Source: Eledone cirrhosa (lineage: Eukaryota). Taken from it: a stretch of 64,000 bases of DNA. Positions 53,121 through 64,000 of the stretch are shown here, in pieces. Position 1 is the stretch's first letter. The number at the start of each line of letters is the position of its first letter. Made by a program: the position numbers and the translations under genes. The notes under the pieces are model-generated. The model ran no database searches and was not told where the DNA came from. It saw nothing but the letters and a program-made list of their open reading frames with translations. The stretch lies in assembly GCA_964016885.1 (NCBI GenBank), contig OZ024754.1, positions 620,001-684,000 on the forward strand, given 5' to 3'.

Positions 53121-53769
53121 GTAAGGAGTAATCAACATAATCCTGATTGTTAACCACACTACATCTGATTTCACCTTTCAGTTCATCCATGACTTGTTAT
53201 TTATGCATTCAACAGTGCATGCTTGCTTCCTTCATTTCTCTCCACTCTCCATATATCCTCTGCATTTACTGGTCGCTAAATATTAATTCTATAATTTCCA
53301 ATGGTAGAAAACTGATAGCCAAACAATCAAATGGCATCCTAATGCTGGGACTCCTAATAAGAGTGAATAAATATCATGAGATCAAAGTAAATGGAACATT
53401 TTTTAAGAATATACAAAATGATTTATTTTGCATATCTGGTTAGAATAGGTACACTGTATCCTTCTGTGTTGTAGGAGGTGACTATACGGATTGGCACCAA
53501 GAAAAGCATCTGGCCATAAAACATTTCTCCTAAAAGGAGTTTAGTATGAATTTTGTCATGGGAAAATGGCAATAAAACTTGTATACAAAACAACGAATTG
53601 AGGTTTAGCAGAAGTGCCCTGAAATAGGGCTAGAAAGATAGTACATCAGTATGGAAAAACTGTCAATATATATTTCCTATTAATCATTTTTACATCCATG
53701 TTTCCATGGGTTAGCCAAATCTATTATAGCAGAAAACCTACCAAATTTGTTATGTATGCATTATTTTCA

Positions 53770-54190
53770 TTGAGTTGGTGCAATTTATGTTGCTAATGCC
53801 GTCTGCAACAAGACTAAAGAGTCTCTTGAACTTCTTTCAGCCTTTTCTTACTCTAGTTACTACACTCTCTGAGCATCCTCCTCTATTGCTGATTAGGTCA
53901 CCTAGGTAGCAAAAGCCATCTACAACTCTTAGGGAGCCCCACAGGCAATAGTGGGAATTTATTTCATGCATGCTCTTAGTGCTTATTTCTCCAGTACACT
54001 CTGCTACATACAAAGGTTACTGTCTCCATTAACCTGCCTGTAATCCCACTACATTTCTTGTGTATCTGTAGATTGCCCATACATTTTAGTCTCTGCTAGT
54101 TTTTTTAATTCTAGGTTTTACTTCCATGTCTAAAATTTCACCTCTAACTCTTCTGCAGATTCAACTATAAGGACTATATCATCAGATCAG
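53770..54190 (-). mobile_element. Degraded RTE RT fragment
   Basis: Minus-strand remnants IHKKCSGITGRL, FVCSR, VVDGFCYLGDL. Confidence 0.7.
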
Positions 54191-54235
54191 CCAGTGATAA
54201 GGATAAAATAATATATATCTTTACTTGTTTTCTAG

Positions 54236-54361
54236 GCTTTTGGTGCTCTTCCTGATTTGAACACTATTAAAGCTATTCAAAAAATTGCCTGGTCATCCTG
54301 CACAGGTTCTTTACATTTGGTTCATGATTCTAATGAAGAAATTCATCGGGTAGTTGAGAAG
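54236..54361 (+). CDS. USP9X: USP9X-like coding exon 28
   Basis: tag|AFGALPDLNTIKAIQKIAWSSCTGSLHLVHDSNEEIHRVVEK|gtaagg. Confidence 0.93.
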
Positions 54362-54480
54362 GTAAGGGCACTAAGCTAAATGAATTGCTTTTTGTCATCA
54401 TCTCATATATATTTGATATTTATCATCTCGTATTCTAAATAAATTGTTTCTTCTCTGATTTTTATAAATCTACCTTGCAG

Positions 54481-54641
54481 GGTAAGGAAAATACTGATCC
54501 TGAAGATATTGAAGTTACCCGTGAAGCTTTAGAACTGCTTTCTGTATGTTTGGCACTTTGTCCTGCTGCTTTAGAGTCACTTAACAAAGACAAAGCATGG
54601 CAGACTTTCATTATTGATCTTCTTCTTCATTGTAAAAACAG
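54481..54641 (+). CDS. USP9X: USP9X-like coding exon 29
   Basis: cag|GKENTDPEDIEVTREALELL...LNKDKAWQTFIIDLLLHCKN|gtatgt. Confidence 0.95.
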
Positions 54642-54820
54642 GTATGTTTACTTTAGTGTAATTGTGTGTATTCAAGTCAAGTGGATTAATCTTTTTATTA
54701 GCATATTTCTAATAAAACAAACTGCCTATGATTTTCAAGAATTTGGAAGGATTTTATTAAGCTGGTCTTTGAAACATTGCTTAATGGTTCTTTCATAAAA
54801 TTGGAAGGTTTTTAGATGAA

Positions 54821-55230
54821 TATGGGTCTGAGACTTGGACACTGACCAAGAAACTCACTCAGATGGTGGATGGGTGCTACACAAGAATGCTGAGGATGGC
54901 TCTGAACATTAATCAGTATACACTGAGGATGAAAAACTGAGAGCTGTATGGGAGCATCCCAAAAGTCAGCTCGAAAGTGACACAGAGGAGACTGAGGTTA
55001 GCTGGACATGCTCACCGACATCCAGAGTTGACATTGCACTCAGTGCTCCTTTGGGAGCCCCTACATGGACACACTAGAAGAGGAAGACCAAGGTTAACGT
55101 ATGTTGATGCCCTAAGGACAGACACTGGTCTGTTGGTGACGCAGGACATGGCAGCGATAATGAGGGACAGAGACCGCTGGAGAGAACTTGGCCATGGATC
55201 TCGGGAATTTTACCCGCCTTAGAATAGAAT
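54821..55230 (+). mobile_element. 3' fragment of the same LINE family as 44494-45142
   Basis: Near-identical sequence, YGSETW...RLRLAGHAHRHPEL, tail tagaatagaat. Confidence 0.9.
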
Positions 55231-55359
55231 AGATAGCTTAAAGTAAACAATTTTGCATCTTCAAATTATTTATTATAGTGTTTGTTAGTCTTGTATAATT
55301 TGAAAATGGTGCTGGTGACTTATTTATTTTTAAAAACATTTATTCTTAAATATTTGCAG

Positions 55360-55468
55360 GGAGATCCGTACATGGGCTGCTGAACAGTTTTTTCAGATGG
55401 CTACAAAATGTAGTAGTGGAAACCGACCTCTACCCTTCTTCATCACTTTATTATTTACTGTGTTGTCT
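55360..55468 (+). CDS. USP9X: USP9X-like coding exon 30
   Basis: cag|EIRTWAAEQFFQMATKCSSGNRPLPFFITLLFTVLS|gtaagt. Confidence 0.95.
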
Positions 55469-55629
55469 GTAAGTAAACGCTTGATTTTCATAGGTGACAT
55501 TCTTCTTCTTGCTCTAGCTCGATGAGACTGGGGTCATCCTAGGTCACCGATCCCAGAAGCATCATTGTGTATAGAGCAGATCAGGTCCACCAGTGCCCTC
55601 CAAGGTGACGCTGAACTTCTGGAGATGAG

Positions 55630-56540
55630 TTGTCAGTAAAATGAGAGCATGTAATGAGTTTAGTAAAGAATTCAATGTGCAGATAGATGTTCACCAAGGC
55701 TTGGTTCTTGGCCCATTTCTGTTTGTTATAATTTTCCAGGCCACTATAGAGGAGTTTAAAAGCAGCTATCCATGGGAACTTCTTTATGCTGATGATCTGG
55801 TTCTTGTTGCTGAATCTGTGGAAGAACTAGAGAAGAAATTCTGGCTGTGGAAACAGAACTTAAGAATCAAAAGAGCTGAAAGTTAACTTGTCAGAAACCA
55901 GTTTTTGAAAGTAGGGAAGAAGACAACACCCTGATCCTATCAGGGAAGTGACCATGCTCAATATGCTAATTAGTAGTGAAAGTGGTTGCTCTGAGTGCAT
56001 TGTAGATAGAATAAGAACAGGATGTAAAAAGTTCAATAAACTAATACCTCTGTTGATAACAAAAGGTTTCTTTCTCTCTATGAATGAAAGATTGGCTGTA
56101 TGATGCCTGCATGCAATGTATGATGTTGCATGGTAGTGAGACATGGTCCGAGAATGCAGAAGATATGTGAAGGCTGGAGAGAAATGAAGCAAGCATCTGA
56201 TGGATATGCAATGTTAATGTGCATGAACGGTGAAGCATAGATAAGCTGAGAGAAAACCTCTGGGTATAAGAGGAATCAGATGAGATGTGCAAGAGAGAAG
56301 ACTTCACTGGTATGGCTATATGTTACATATGAATGATGATTGTTGTATGAAGAAGTACCAAGTAATTTCAGTAGAAAAACAAACCCTGGAAGACCTGGGC
56401 ATTGGTGGTGAGAACTGATTACAAATTGTTGAAGCTCACAGAGCAGATGACAAAGGACTGCAATGAGTAGAGGAAAAGACCTGTCCATCCAATCCATGTA
56501 AGCTTAGGAAAGAAAAAAGGGATTAAAATAATGATGTTAA
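55630..56540 (+). mobile_element. Degraded RTE LINE (RT to 3' end), PHD segment largely deleted
   Basis: VHQG..LGPFLF, WELLYADD, HGSETW, ERNEAS, tail remnant. Confidence 0.85.
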
Positions 56541-56637
56541 ACACTTTAAAATATAGTTTTGTATTGTGGAATAACAGAAAATGTTAATGATTGTTAAAAA
56601 TATCAAAAATCAATTTAATTTTTATTTTCCATTTCAG

Positions 56638-56693
56638 AGTTCAGTAAAGGAAAATGCAAAGCAAGCACATGAATATTTTCATTTATTGTGTCG
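56638..56693 (+). CDS. USP9X: USP9X-like coding exon 31
   Basis: cag|SSVKENAKQAHEYFHLLC|gtatgt. Confidence 0.9.
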
Positions 56694-57024
56694 GTATGTT
56701 GCTGTTATCCTTTTACATAAAATATTGTTTACAATATTATACATTGTCTCTTTAATTCTATAGTAATTTTACAAACAGTGTGGTGACTGACTGTCATTGA
56801 AATTTATTGCTAAATGTGTATAATTGCATCAGATTTCCGCATGTTAAAGACATGTATTACTACATAAAAATGTCTGTCTCTTCTGAACAAGAATTGACCA
56901 TGCTAACATGTCCAACCCATGCCGTTATAGATAGTGGATATAAAATGGTGATGATGATGAAGAACATGACAGAAGAGAGTCACTTACAGTATTATCAAAC
57001 TGAGCTTTTCTGTTAATTTGTACA

Positions 57025-57590
57025 GAAATGTGATATTCACAACATATTATGACGCAGTCATATGATAACTAACTGTGATATTGACATATATATGATAACC
57101 AGATCAGATAGTCACAGTGTATTATGACAATCATATGATAATTAAATGTGATATTCACAGTCATATGTTAACTAAATGTGATATTCACAGTCATATGTTA
57201 ACTAAATGTGATATTCACAGTCATATGTTAACTAAATGTGATATTCACAGTCATATGTTAACTAAATGTGATATTCACAGTCATATGTTAACTAAATGTG
57301 ATAGCCATAGTGTATATTACAACACAGTCATATGTTAACTAAATGTGATATTCACAGTCATATGTTAACTAAATGTGATATTCACAGTCATATGTTAACT
57401 AAATGTGATATTCACAGTCATATGTTAACTAAATGTGATATTCACAGTCATATGTTAACTAAATGTGATAGCCATAGTGTATTACAACACAGTCATATGT
57501 TAACTAAATGTGATATTCACAGTCATATGTTAACTAAATGTGATAGCCATAGTGTATTACAACACAGTCATATGATAACTAATGATATGA
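57025..57590. repeat. 30-bp minisatellite with 45/47-bp variant units
   Basis: AAATGTGATATTCACAGTCATATGTTAACT x10 plus 3 longer variants between 57144 and 57580; degenerate units upstream. Confidence 0.97.
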
Positions 57591-57900
57591 CTACAATTTG
57601 CACAATGTGTGTGTATTTAGTTTTGTTCCTTAGTCCCACACCAACCCTTCATAAGCTGATATATAATCAAAGGCATTCAAGCTTTGACCATCCCATCCTT
57701 TGAAACTTTACATGATGAATAAATCAAATTTATAAACCTTTTATTTGATCTGGAAAATTTTAATTCAAACAATTGTTTTGTTTAAACTAAGAATGTTTTA
57801 CTTATATATTTGCAATTAAATTTTGTATTGTGTTTGAACTGAAATTTTGTTTAGTTTAGAAAAAATAATTTTAAAATGTTCTCTCTCTTTTTAATTTCAG

Positions 57901-57991
57901 GCTACTCAATCATGCTTATAGTAGTGAAGTTAGTTTACCAAACGCTGAAACTTTATTGAATAATGAAATAATTTGGTTGAAGAAAATTCGT
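57901..57991 (+). CDS. USP9X: USP9X-like coding exon 32
   Basis: cag|[30 protein letters not shown]|gtaagt. Confidence 0.95.
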
Positions 57992-59099
57992 GTAAGTTTG
58001 GCCAGTATTTTTTCAGAGAGTATAAATTTTAACTTTGGTTTTAAACACTAACTACTATTTTAAAGGCATAAATATAAAGCAAAAGATTAAATGCCTCAGT
58101 ATTTGTATCTGCTCTCTGAGTTGAAACCCCACCAAAGTCAACTTTTCATCTTTTCGGGGTTAAGTAAAATGCCTGTCCATGAGAGGTGGATTGGCTGAAT
58201 TGTTAAAAGGTCAGAGGGAATGCTTTGCTGTATCTCATCTGGGTCTGTGGGTTCTTGGTTCAAATCCCACCTCCTGTTATCAACAAAGAGATGATGCTTC
58301 TGCCAGGAGTTGCAACTGGCAAATAATATCGGTAATAAAACCAGTGGAAACTTGTTTCCTCAGTTTCATCTGACGCTCGGCTCCTTTTTATTATTTTAAA
58401 GCAAGTTATTGAGAAGATTGTCTGACAATTAACTAAATATCTAATGACTACTGATAGGTTTTAATTTGCTGATAAAGATATTCAGAACTACAACATCCAG
58501 TATATTCATCTGTTTTTAAAGATAGGATACAACTGAGAGGTGTTTTAACTGATATTTCAGCAGTTGTGGCTGATATTTCAACTACATAGCTCCTTCAGAA
58601 GGTTGTAATGTTCTTTTGGTTTAAGTGACCTCTTCACAACATCTGTCATGTTTTGCCCAAGTTAGCCTTCCCTTCCCCTGTTTTAACCACCATCAGAGTG
58701 TCCCTGACTATCACTCTTCACATTTGGAGTTTGTATTGTGATCCTCAGCTAAGTAAAATCAAAGTATATCTGGAACAGGTCTGTACCTGTCTATCTGCAT
58801 GACCTAGCTCTGCTAGATTAAAGCTAAACTGGGCTCTACAGCATTAACTACAATTTAGTGCAGTAGGCAGTGTAAATTGTTTCTATATGGCAAGGTATTT
58901 TATTTGATGTGGTTTAATTTTCTTCGATACAATATATATGGGATTTGCAACTCATAATTAGTAACTGGTGTCAGGAAAAGTGATTGATTGTGAAATCATT
59001 TAGTATACAGATGCATCTTATCTGTTTCAAAATAAAACATAATTGACACTCTCAGTTGAAGATAAAACTGAAAATATAAAAATTTATTTACTTATGAAG

Positions 59100-59246
59100 G
59101 AGCAAGCTTCGCCCCAAAGTGAGATCCAGGTTGATAATGCATTATTGGAAGGACATTTGGGAATTACCAGAGAACTTCTCTCATTCCAAACTCCAGAAAA
59201 GAAATTTCACATTGGTGCAGAAAAAGGAAGTTTAGATCTCATCAGA
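59100..59246 (+). CDS. USP9X: USP9X-like coding exon 33
   Basis: aag|EQASPQSEIQVDNALLEGHLGITRELLSFQTPEKKFHIG...LIR|gtaagt; the acceptor is weak but phase-compatible. Confidence 0.88.
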
Positions 59247-59294
59247 GTAAGTTTCCATCTTTTTCCATCTTTGATTTTGACAATTCCTTGTGCA

Positions 59295-60370
59295 TTAACC
59301 CTTTAGCATTCACATTAATTTGTCAAATGTTATGTTTATCTGTTCACATTATTTTCAGTTAATCGTACTCAAGAGGGTTATCAATTTTATTTGTTTGTAA
59401 TTTTCTTAATTTTCTATGTGCAGCCTTAAAATTTTGTCAGATGTTTAAATATCAATAATTTACAATTATATAATTTTACCTGATTTTTTTTGTTAAATTT
59501 GACTTTTATGGGCAGGTGAAATTAATTAATAGGGGCATTTGAAGTATCAACCAGGTGCAATACTGGTTTAATTTTAAATACGTTGTTTTCGGGATAATAC
59601 TTGATATATAAGGATCACTAAACCTTATATCAGTGCTCCAGTAATTCCACAGTCTTGGAAATTGTTTTATTCCGAACATAATATTTATGGTAAAAAATAC
59701 TTGCATGTCCGCAGCATCTGTCGGTCGCCAAACAGATCGGGTTTCCACAATTTGAAATCTGTTGTTGGGCATATCGGTTAATCTCTTCTGCCACAACTTC
59801 GAAGAAAGTTGTGGTAAAAACAAAAAGAAATAATCCAGTGCTTTAGCATCGGGAGCTAATTTTGAATAAAATCGGGAACATATATTGGTGTGGTATTTTT
59901 CAACCACGTTGCTGTAATATTTTCAATGGTGTCCTGGAGATCTCCTTCGTTTTCATTTTCAAAACAACAATCATTGTTGGATGAAATTTTAGAAATGTAA
60001 ACATCAGATTCATTTGAAGATAAATCACTAATATTATTTTTTGTTTCTTGTTCATTCTGAATGTCGTCGTGTGTAAAACCTTCAAAGTCGGTATCGCTAC
60101 TTTCACAAGCCATGTTGATACACAAAAAAAATCTGTTCTACTTTCAACGTTAAAAAAAACACGTATTGTTTTAAGTTGTTTCACTATATTAAGTGTCAAT
60201 TTTTGCGGTAAGGGCCTAATCTCACAGTAATCTTGAATTGATGAGATTTTGATGATGGTATTGTTTATTTTTAGAACAATATTTTAGTGTGGGTGTTATC
60301 GGGCGGTTTGAACAAATGAGGGGGAAATAATTGCGGCAGGTTTGGGGCGGTTTGAACACTAAAGGGTTAA
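59295..60370. mobile_element. TTAA-flanked family 1 MITE ends enclosing a piggyBac transposase 5' fragment
   Basis: ttaa-ccctttagcatt at 59295 and ctaaaggg-ttaa ending 60370; internal minus-strand pseudo-ORF. Confidence 0.75.
59506..60125 (-). pseudogene. piggyBac (PGBD-like) transposase N-terminal fragment
   Basis: Acidic start SSDTDFEGF; ALDYFFLFLP; WRPTDAADMQVFF; GIKQFPRLWNYWST; frameshifted and lacks the catalytic region. Confidence 0.75.
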
Positions 60371-60425
60371 AGTTTCAATGAAATAACAATCATTACATGA
60401 GCAAATGTTCTTACACTGTTTGCAG

Positions 60426-60633
60426 GAATTAGTAGAGGATTTCATCTTTCCTGCTTCTAAGATTGTAGTTCAATGCCGAAAACTAAATGACTTTCCACCA
60501 GAGCAAGCTGTTCCTGTATGTACCACTCCAGCCACTGTCACAGCAGCATTTGATTTGTTAGTTTCCTTATGTACACGCTGTGTGAAAAACCTCAAGTGTT
60601 TGGCCACTATGTTAATAGACATGTTTTATACAG
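60426..60633 (+). CDS. USP9X: USP9X-like coding exon 34
   Basis: cag|ELVEDFIFPASKIVV...AAFDLLVSLC...LIDMFYT|gttagt, phase 1. Confidence 0.95.
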
Positions 60634-61353
60634 GTTAGTATCTGAAAATATCTCCATAGTAAGCTAAGCTATTTTTCTATTGTTGTGTTTAAAGTCCATG
60701 TTTTTAACTAGTACCTTCATTTTGGTCATTTTTAACTTGAGGCCTTTTAGTTTGGGTACCTTAAGCAGTTTACTGTGTTGCAACCATTTGGACTAGGTTT
60801 CTCATCTGAAGATAACTTCCACCTTTCCTCTCACCAGTCCTGGAAGGCCTGTAAAAGGTCAAGGGTAGCACCCTTCACCTTGTGACTAACCCATAAAAGA
60901 AACCTTCCTCCCCCATCATAACAAATCAACAATCTTTGTTGTATATGTTTTATTTTTGAGGGGGGAGATTGCCAACCACTTTTACAGCAAATACTTTGTT
61001 TAATTTCTATATTTGAAAAAAAAATTGTATTAATTTTCTCATAATGTAAATTTACTAAAACTAATTATAGGAACTTTTTTGAGGCCAAGAAAAGCATCTG
61101 GCTGTAAAACATTACCTCAGAATGAACCTCATGATCAGTATGATTAATCCTGTTATGGGGCCTGCAAAGCTAACTCCTATTTTAGTGGGGAAATTGGCCT
61201 TAAAACGCTTATTGCTATATTTTTAGGATGTTTAATTTGTATATAATCATTGTTAATCATTGTTAACAAGAAACTTTTAATTCTGCTTATTAAATACTTG
61301 TGCTCTTCTTTTTGGCTAAAAAGAAATTAACTATTTTTATTTTCATTTCCCAG

Positions 61354-61490
61354 ATGAAATGTTCACTTTTTCAGAATTACCCCTAGTGGAATGGGAGTTT
61401 GTACCCCCTGTAGGCCCTAGACCTCCCAAAGGTTTTGTTGGCCTTAAGAATGCTGGTGCTACATGTTATATGAATTCTGTTTTACAACAG
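61354..61490 (+). CDS. USP9X: USP9X-like coding exon 35, catalytic Cys box
   Basis: cag|..[34 protein letters not shown]|gttagc; a second in-frame acceptor would start the exon at 61375. Confidence 0.95.
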
Positions 61491-62398
61491 GTTAGCTGAC
61501 ACTTTTCACTAATTTTGCAGACATTTCATGATTCTTAACAAGATCCCATGTAATGTCATGTCTATTTCAATAAACTGTAAGTAACACAAAACAAAATATC
61601 TATTGAGTGTAGATTTTCCATATATAGTTGTATATAAGCCAAGAAATATCTGACAAGAAGTTTTATGGTAAAGTGGGGGTCGGCTTATATTGGAGGTCAA
61701 TATTTTGCTGATTTTCACCAAATTCAAAATTATATGTAAATAAGTTGCTAAAATATGTCCCATCATAGCTTCAATCACATGACTGAAACTAGTAAAGGAA
61801 TAAGGTTAAGTTTCTCAGTAAAATAATGCTGAAAACTGTTAAAATGTTTTCTTATAAATTGGTTTATTTTAATTTTTTTTTAAATTTGATACTTTACTCT
61901 TTATTATTTAACAAGATCATATAGTCTTCCAACATAATTTTATATAAGAACCATATGTTAACTTACTGTCTTAGTAATTAAATGATTTATAATTTTAGTA
62001 AATCCTCATATTTCTTCATTAGTTAATTAAAATTGTGTGTATTTCATTGAAAACATGGTCACATAAGGTCTGCATATATAATCAACTAAAGTTGTGAAAA
62101 TGGTACATTAGTTTTTAGCATATTATCTTTATAAAAATAGTCGCCTCATAAAATAAAAATGGATCCTTAACTATGAAAACACTTTTTAAAATAAGTATGT
62201 ATATATGGACTTGTAACTCCTCGTGGACGTGACATTGCAGTGTGTATCTTGGGCATTTTCAATTCACCACCTTTTTTTAAAATAAGTATTTATCTTTAAT
62301 TAGCAAGATTGATTTCTAGTAGTATTTCCTTTGTCTTTATTCTTAACACCCCTTTACCTTCAATGAATTCATATTTTGTAAACTTTCTTCCTTTTCAG

Positions 62399-62500
62399 CT
62401 CTTCATGATTGAACAGATTCGTCATGGGATACTTGCTGTAGAAGGAGCAGCAGATGACATCGAGGATGAATATATAGGAGATGAAAAGGGGGAGAATGAG
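62399..62500 (+). CDS. USP9X: USP9X-like coding exon 36
   Basis: cag|LFMIEQIRHGILAVEGAADDIEDEYIGDEKGENE|gtaaaa. Confidence 0.93.
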
Positions 62501-63043
62501 GTAAAATATTATATTTATATGTTCACTCTGTATTTTAGTAATGATTCTACATGAAGATGCTGTCGTAGATGCTTCAGTGTTTAGCATTGGCATCAGACCA
62601 TAGAAAGCATGCCAAAAAGATTGAGGTGACCATCTTGTCACTAATCTTTCTTGTTCTAGCGCTAGTATATAAAATGCATCCAGTACACTATTTTTAAAGT
62701 GGTTTGTATTAGGAACGGCATCCAGCTGTACAAACCCTGTGTAAACTGGAATATATGTAAGATGGCGCTGGCTGATCTGGGAGGACAGTAGCTCCGACGA
62801 AGTATTGATTTGCATGAAAGAATGGATTAATGATGAATAATGTTACATTTTTCTATGATAGTGATAATACCCTATATACTCAGTTTTTTTAGGTTTTTTT
62901 TTTAAATTCAAATAATAGGTGTAAAAAGGGATGTGCAACTTATTTACTGAACCTTCTGCTAGGCTTGAAATTTGCAGCATGCTCTGATATATACACATAC
63001 ACAGACACTGACAAATGGTTAGGGCAGGTTGATAATGTTAGTA

Positions 63044-63290
63044 TGTTTCCTTGAGCAAGACACTTTATTTCACATTGCTCCAGTTTACTCAGCTGTAGAA
63101 ATGAGATGATAGTGACTGGGGTTCCTATCATTCCACTGCAAAGTGTTTGTGTAGGTGCCACGGAAAAAAAGCACCCAGTACTCACTGTAAATGAGGTTGG
63201 TGTTAGGAAGGGCATCCAGCTGTAGAAATCAAGCCAGAATCAGTTCCCGTCCCACCCTTGCAAGCAGGGAAAAGCGAACGTAAGATGAAA
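63044..63290 (+). mobile_element. SINE family A copy, 5'-truncated, sense orientation
   Basis: Reverse complement of the 30043-30310 type; tail cccgtcccacccttgcaagcagggaaaagcgaacg. Confidence 0.88.
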
Positions 63291-64000
63291 AAAAAAAAAA
63301 AAAATAGTCTATATGAATATCGGGGTTGTAAACAAACATGTTATATTTTTTATAATTTTATATATGTCTCATCTGTCTCTGTTGTCCAAACTCTACATTA
63401 TATTACTAGACATGAAAAATGCGCAAGCTCAAAAGTGCCACAGAATGTTATAATAAACCTTCAAAAGTGTGGGACTAGAGTTGTTGCTAAAAAATATTGT
63501 AATCATTATATATCGTACATTCTGTGGCATCCTTTATAAAAATAGCTTAAACCAACGAAGCCTTTATTTTTACGCTATTTCACTTAGTTAATTCTTAGAG
63601 TGTAACATATAAAAATAAATACATCTATGTTTAATGTAATAACAGCTATAAATAATTACGTAATATTATTATCATATACTCATAGTAACAAAATAATTGT
63701 GTTGAAACTTAATATGATGCTTATATGAACGATCAAATCTATAATGATAATTTCTTAAATATACTAATAGTAAAATAATTTAGTTATCTATTGTTACATT
63801 TTCATAGAACTATAATATTAACAATCGTATTGCATTATCAAATTTTTATCACTACAAACTTTCATATTGGAATTACCTTAAGCCACTTATTATTACTTCG
63901 CTTTCGTACTTTTGCAGCAGTAGATATTGCGCTGTATCTTATATCTAATATCAATATCTCGTGGTAATTTGCATGAAGTGTAAAATAGGTTTATTAATAA

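Larger units (their letters stand above)
13617..62500 (+). other. USP9X: USP9X/fat facets-like ubiquitin carboxyl-terminal hydrolase gene, 36 coding exons in window, 3' part beyond window
   Basis: Manually spliced GT-AG exons give one ORF of 4794 nt with consistent intron phases. Recognisable USP9X peptides: [87 protein letters not shown]. Confidence 0.96.

Noticed and set aside
57025-57703. CRISPR array, or a His/Cys repeat protein (MLTKCDIHSH)n
   Set aside because: Units are head-to-tail with no unique spacers and no cas genes. The ORFs arise because 30 is a multiple of 3, and the array lies in an intron of a gene whose frame closes without it.
59506-60199. Nested host PGBD gene on the minus strand
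   Set aside because: Frameshifted, truncated before the catalytic domain, and lies within transposon ends.
13950-62398. U12-type or GC-AG introns in USP9X
   Set aside because: All donors read are GT, and none has the GTATCCT U12 consensus.

Overview
AT-rich eukaryotic (metazoan) genomic DNA. The SINE/MITE/RTE repertoire resembles what I know of octopus (coleoid cephalopod) genomes; this is inference, not a database result. The window is dominated by one + strand gene, an orthologue of the deubiquitinase USP9X/fat facets (FAF). I traced 36 GT-AG coding exons from ATG 13628 to 62500. They splice into one open frame of 4794 nt (1598 codons), including the USP Cys box [20 protein letters not shown], and the gene continues past the right edge. 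The upstream 13.6 kb (probably a 5'UTR intron) and the introns hold many transposons: a full-length dead mariner, RTE and CR1 LINE copies, a piggyBac fragment, TTAA-flanked MITEs, a hAT MITE, a Tigger-like MITE, at least three tRNA-derived SINE families and a 30-bp minisatellite. I found no prokaryotic-type system such as CRISPR. The most interesting signals are a PHD finger embedded in the RTE reverse transcriptase, a visible LINE-SINE shared 3' stem-loop tail with tail swapping, an in-frame alternative acceptor just before the catalytic Cys box, and a perfect 25-bp intronic hairpin.
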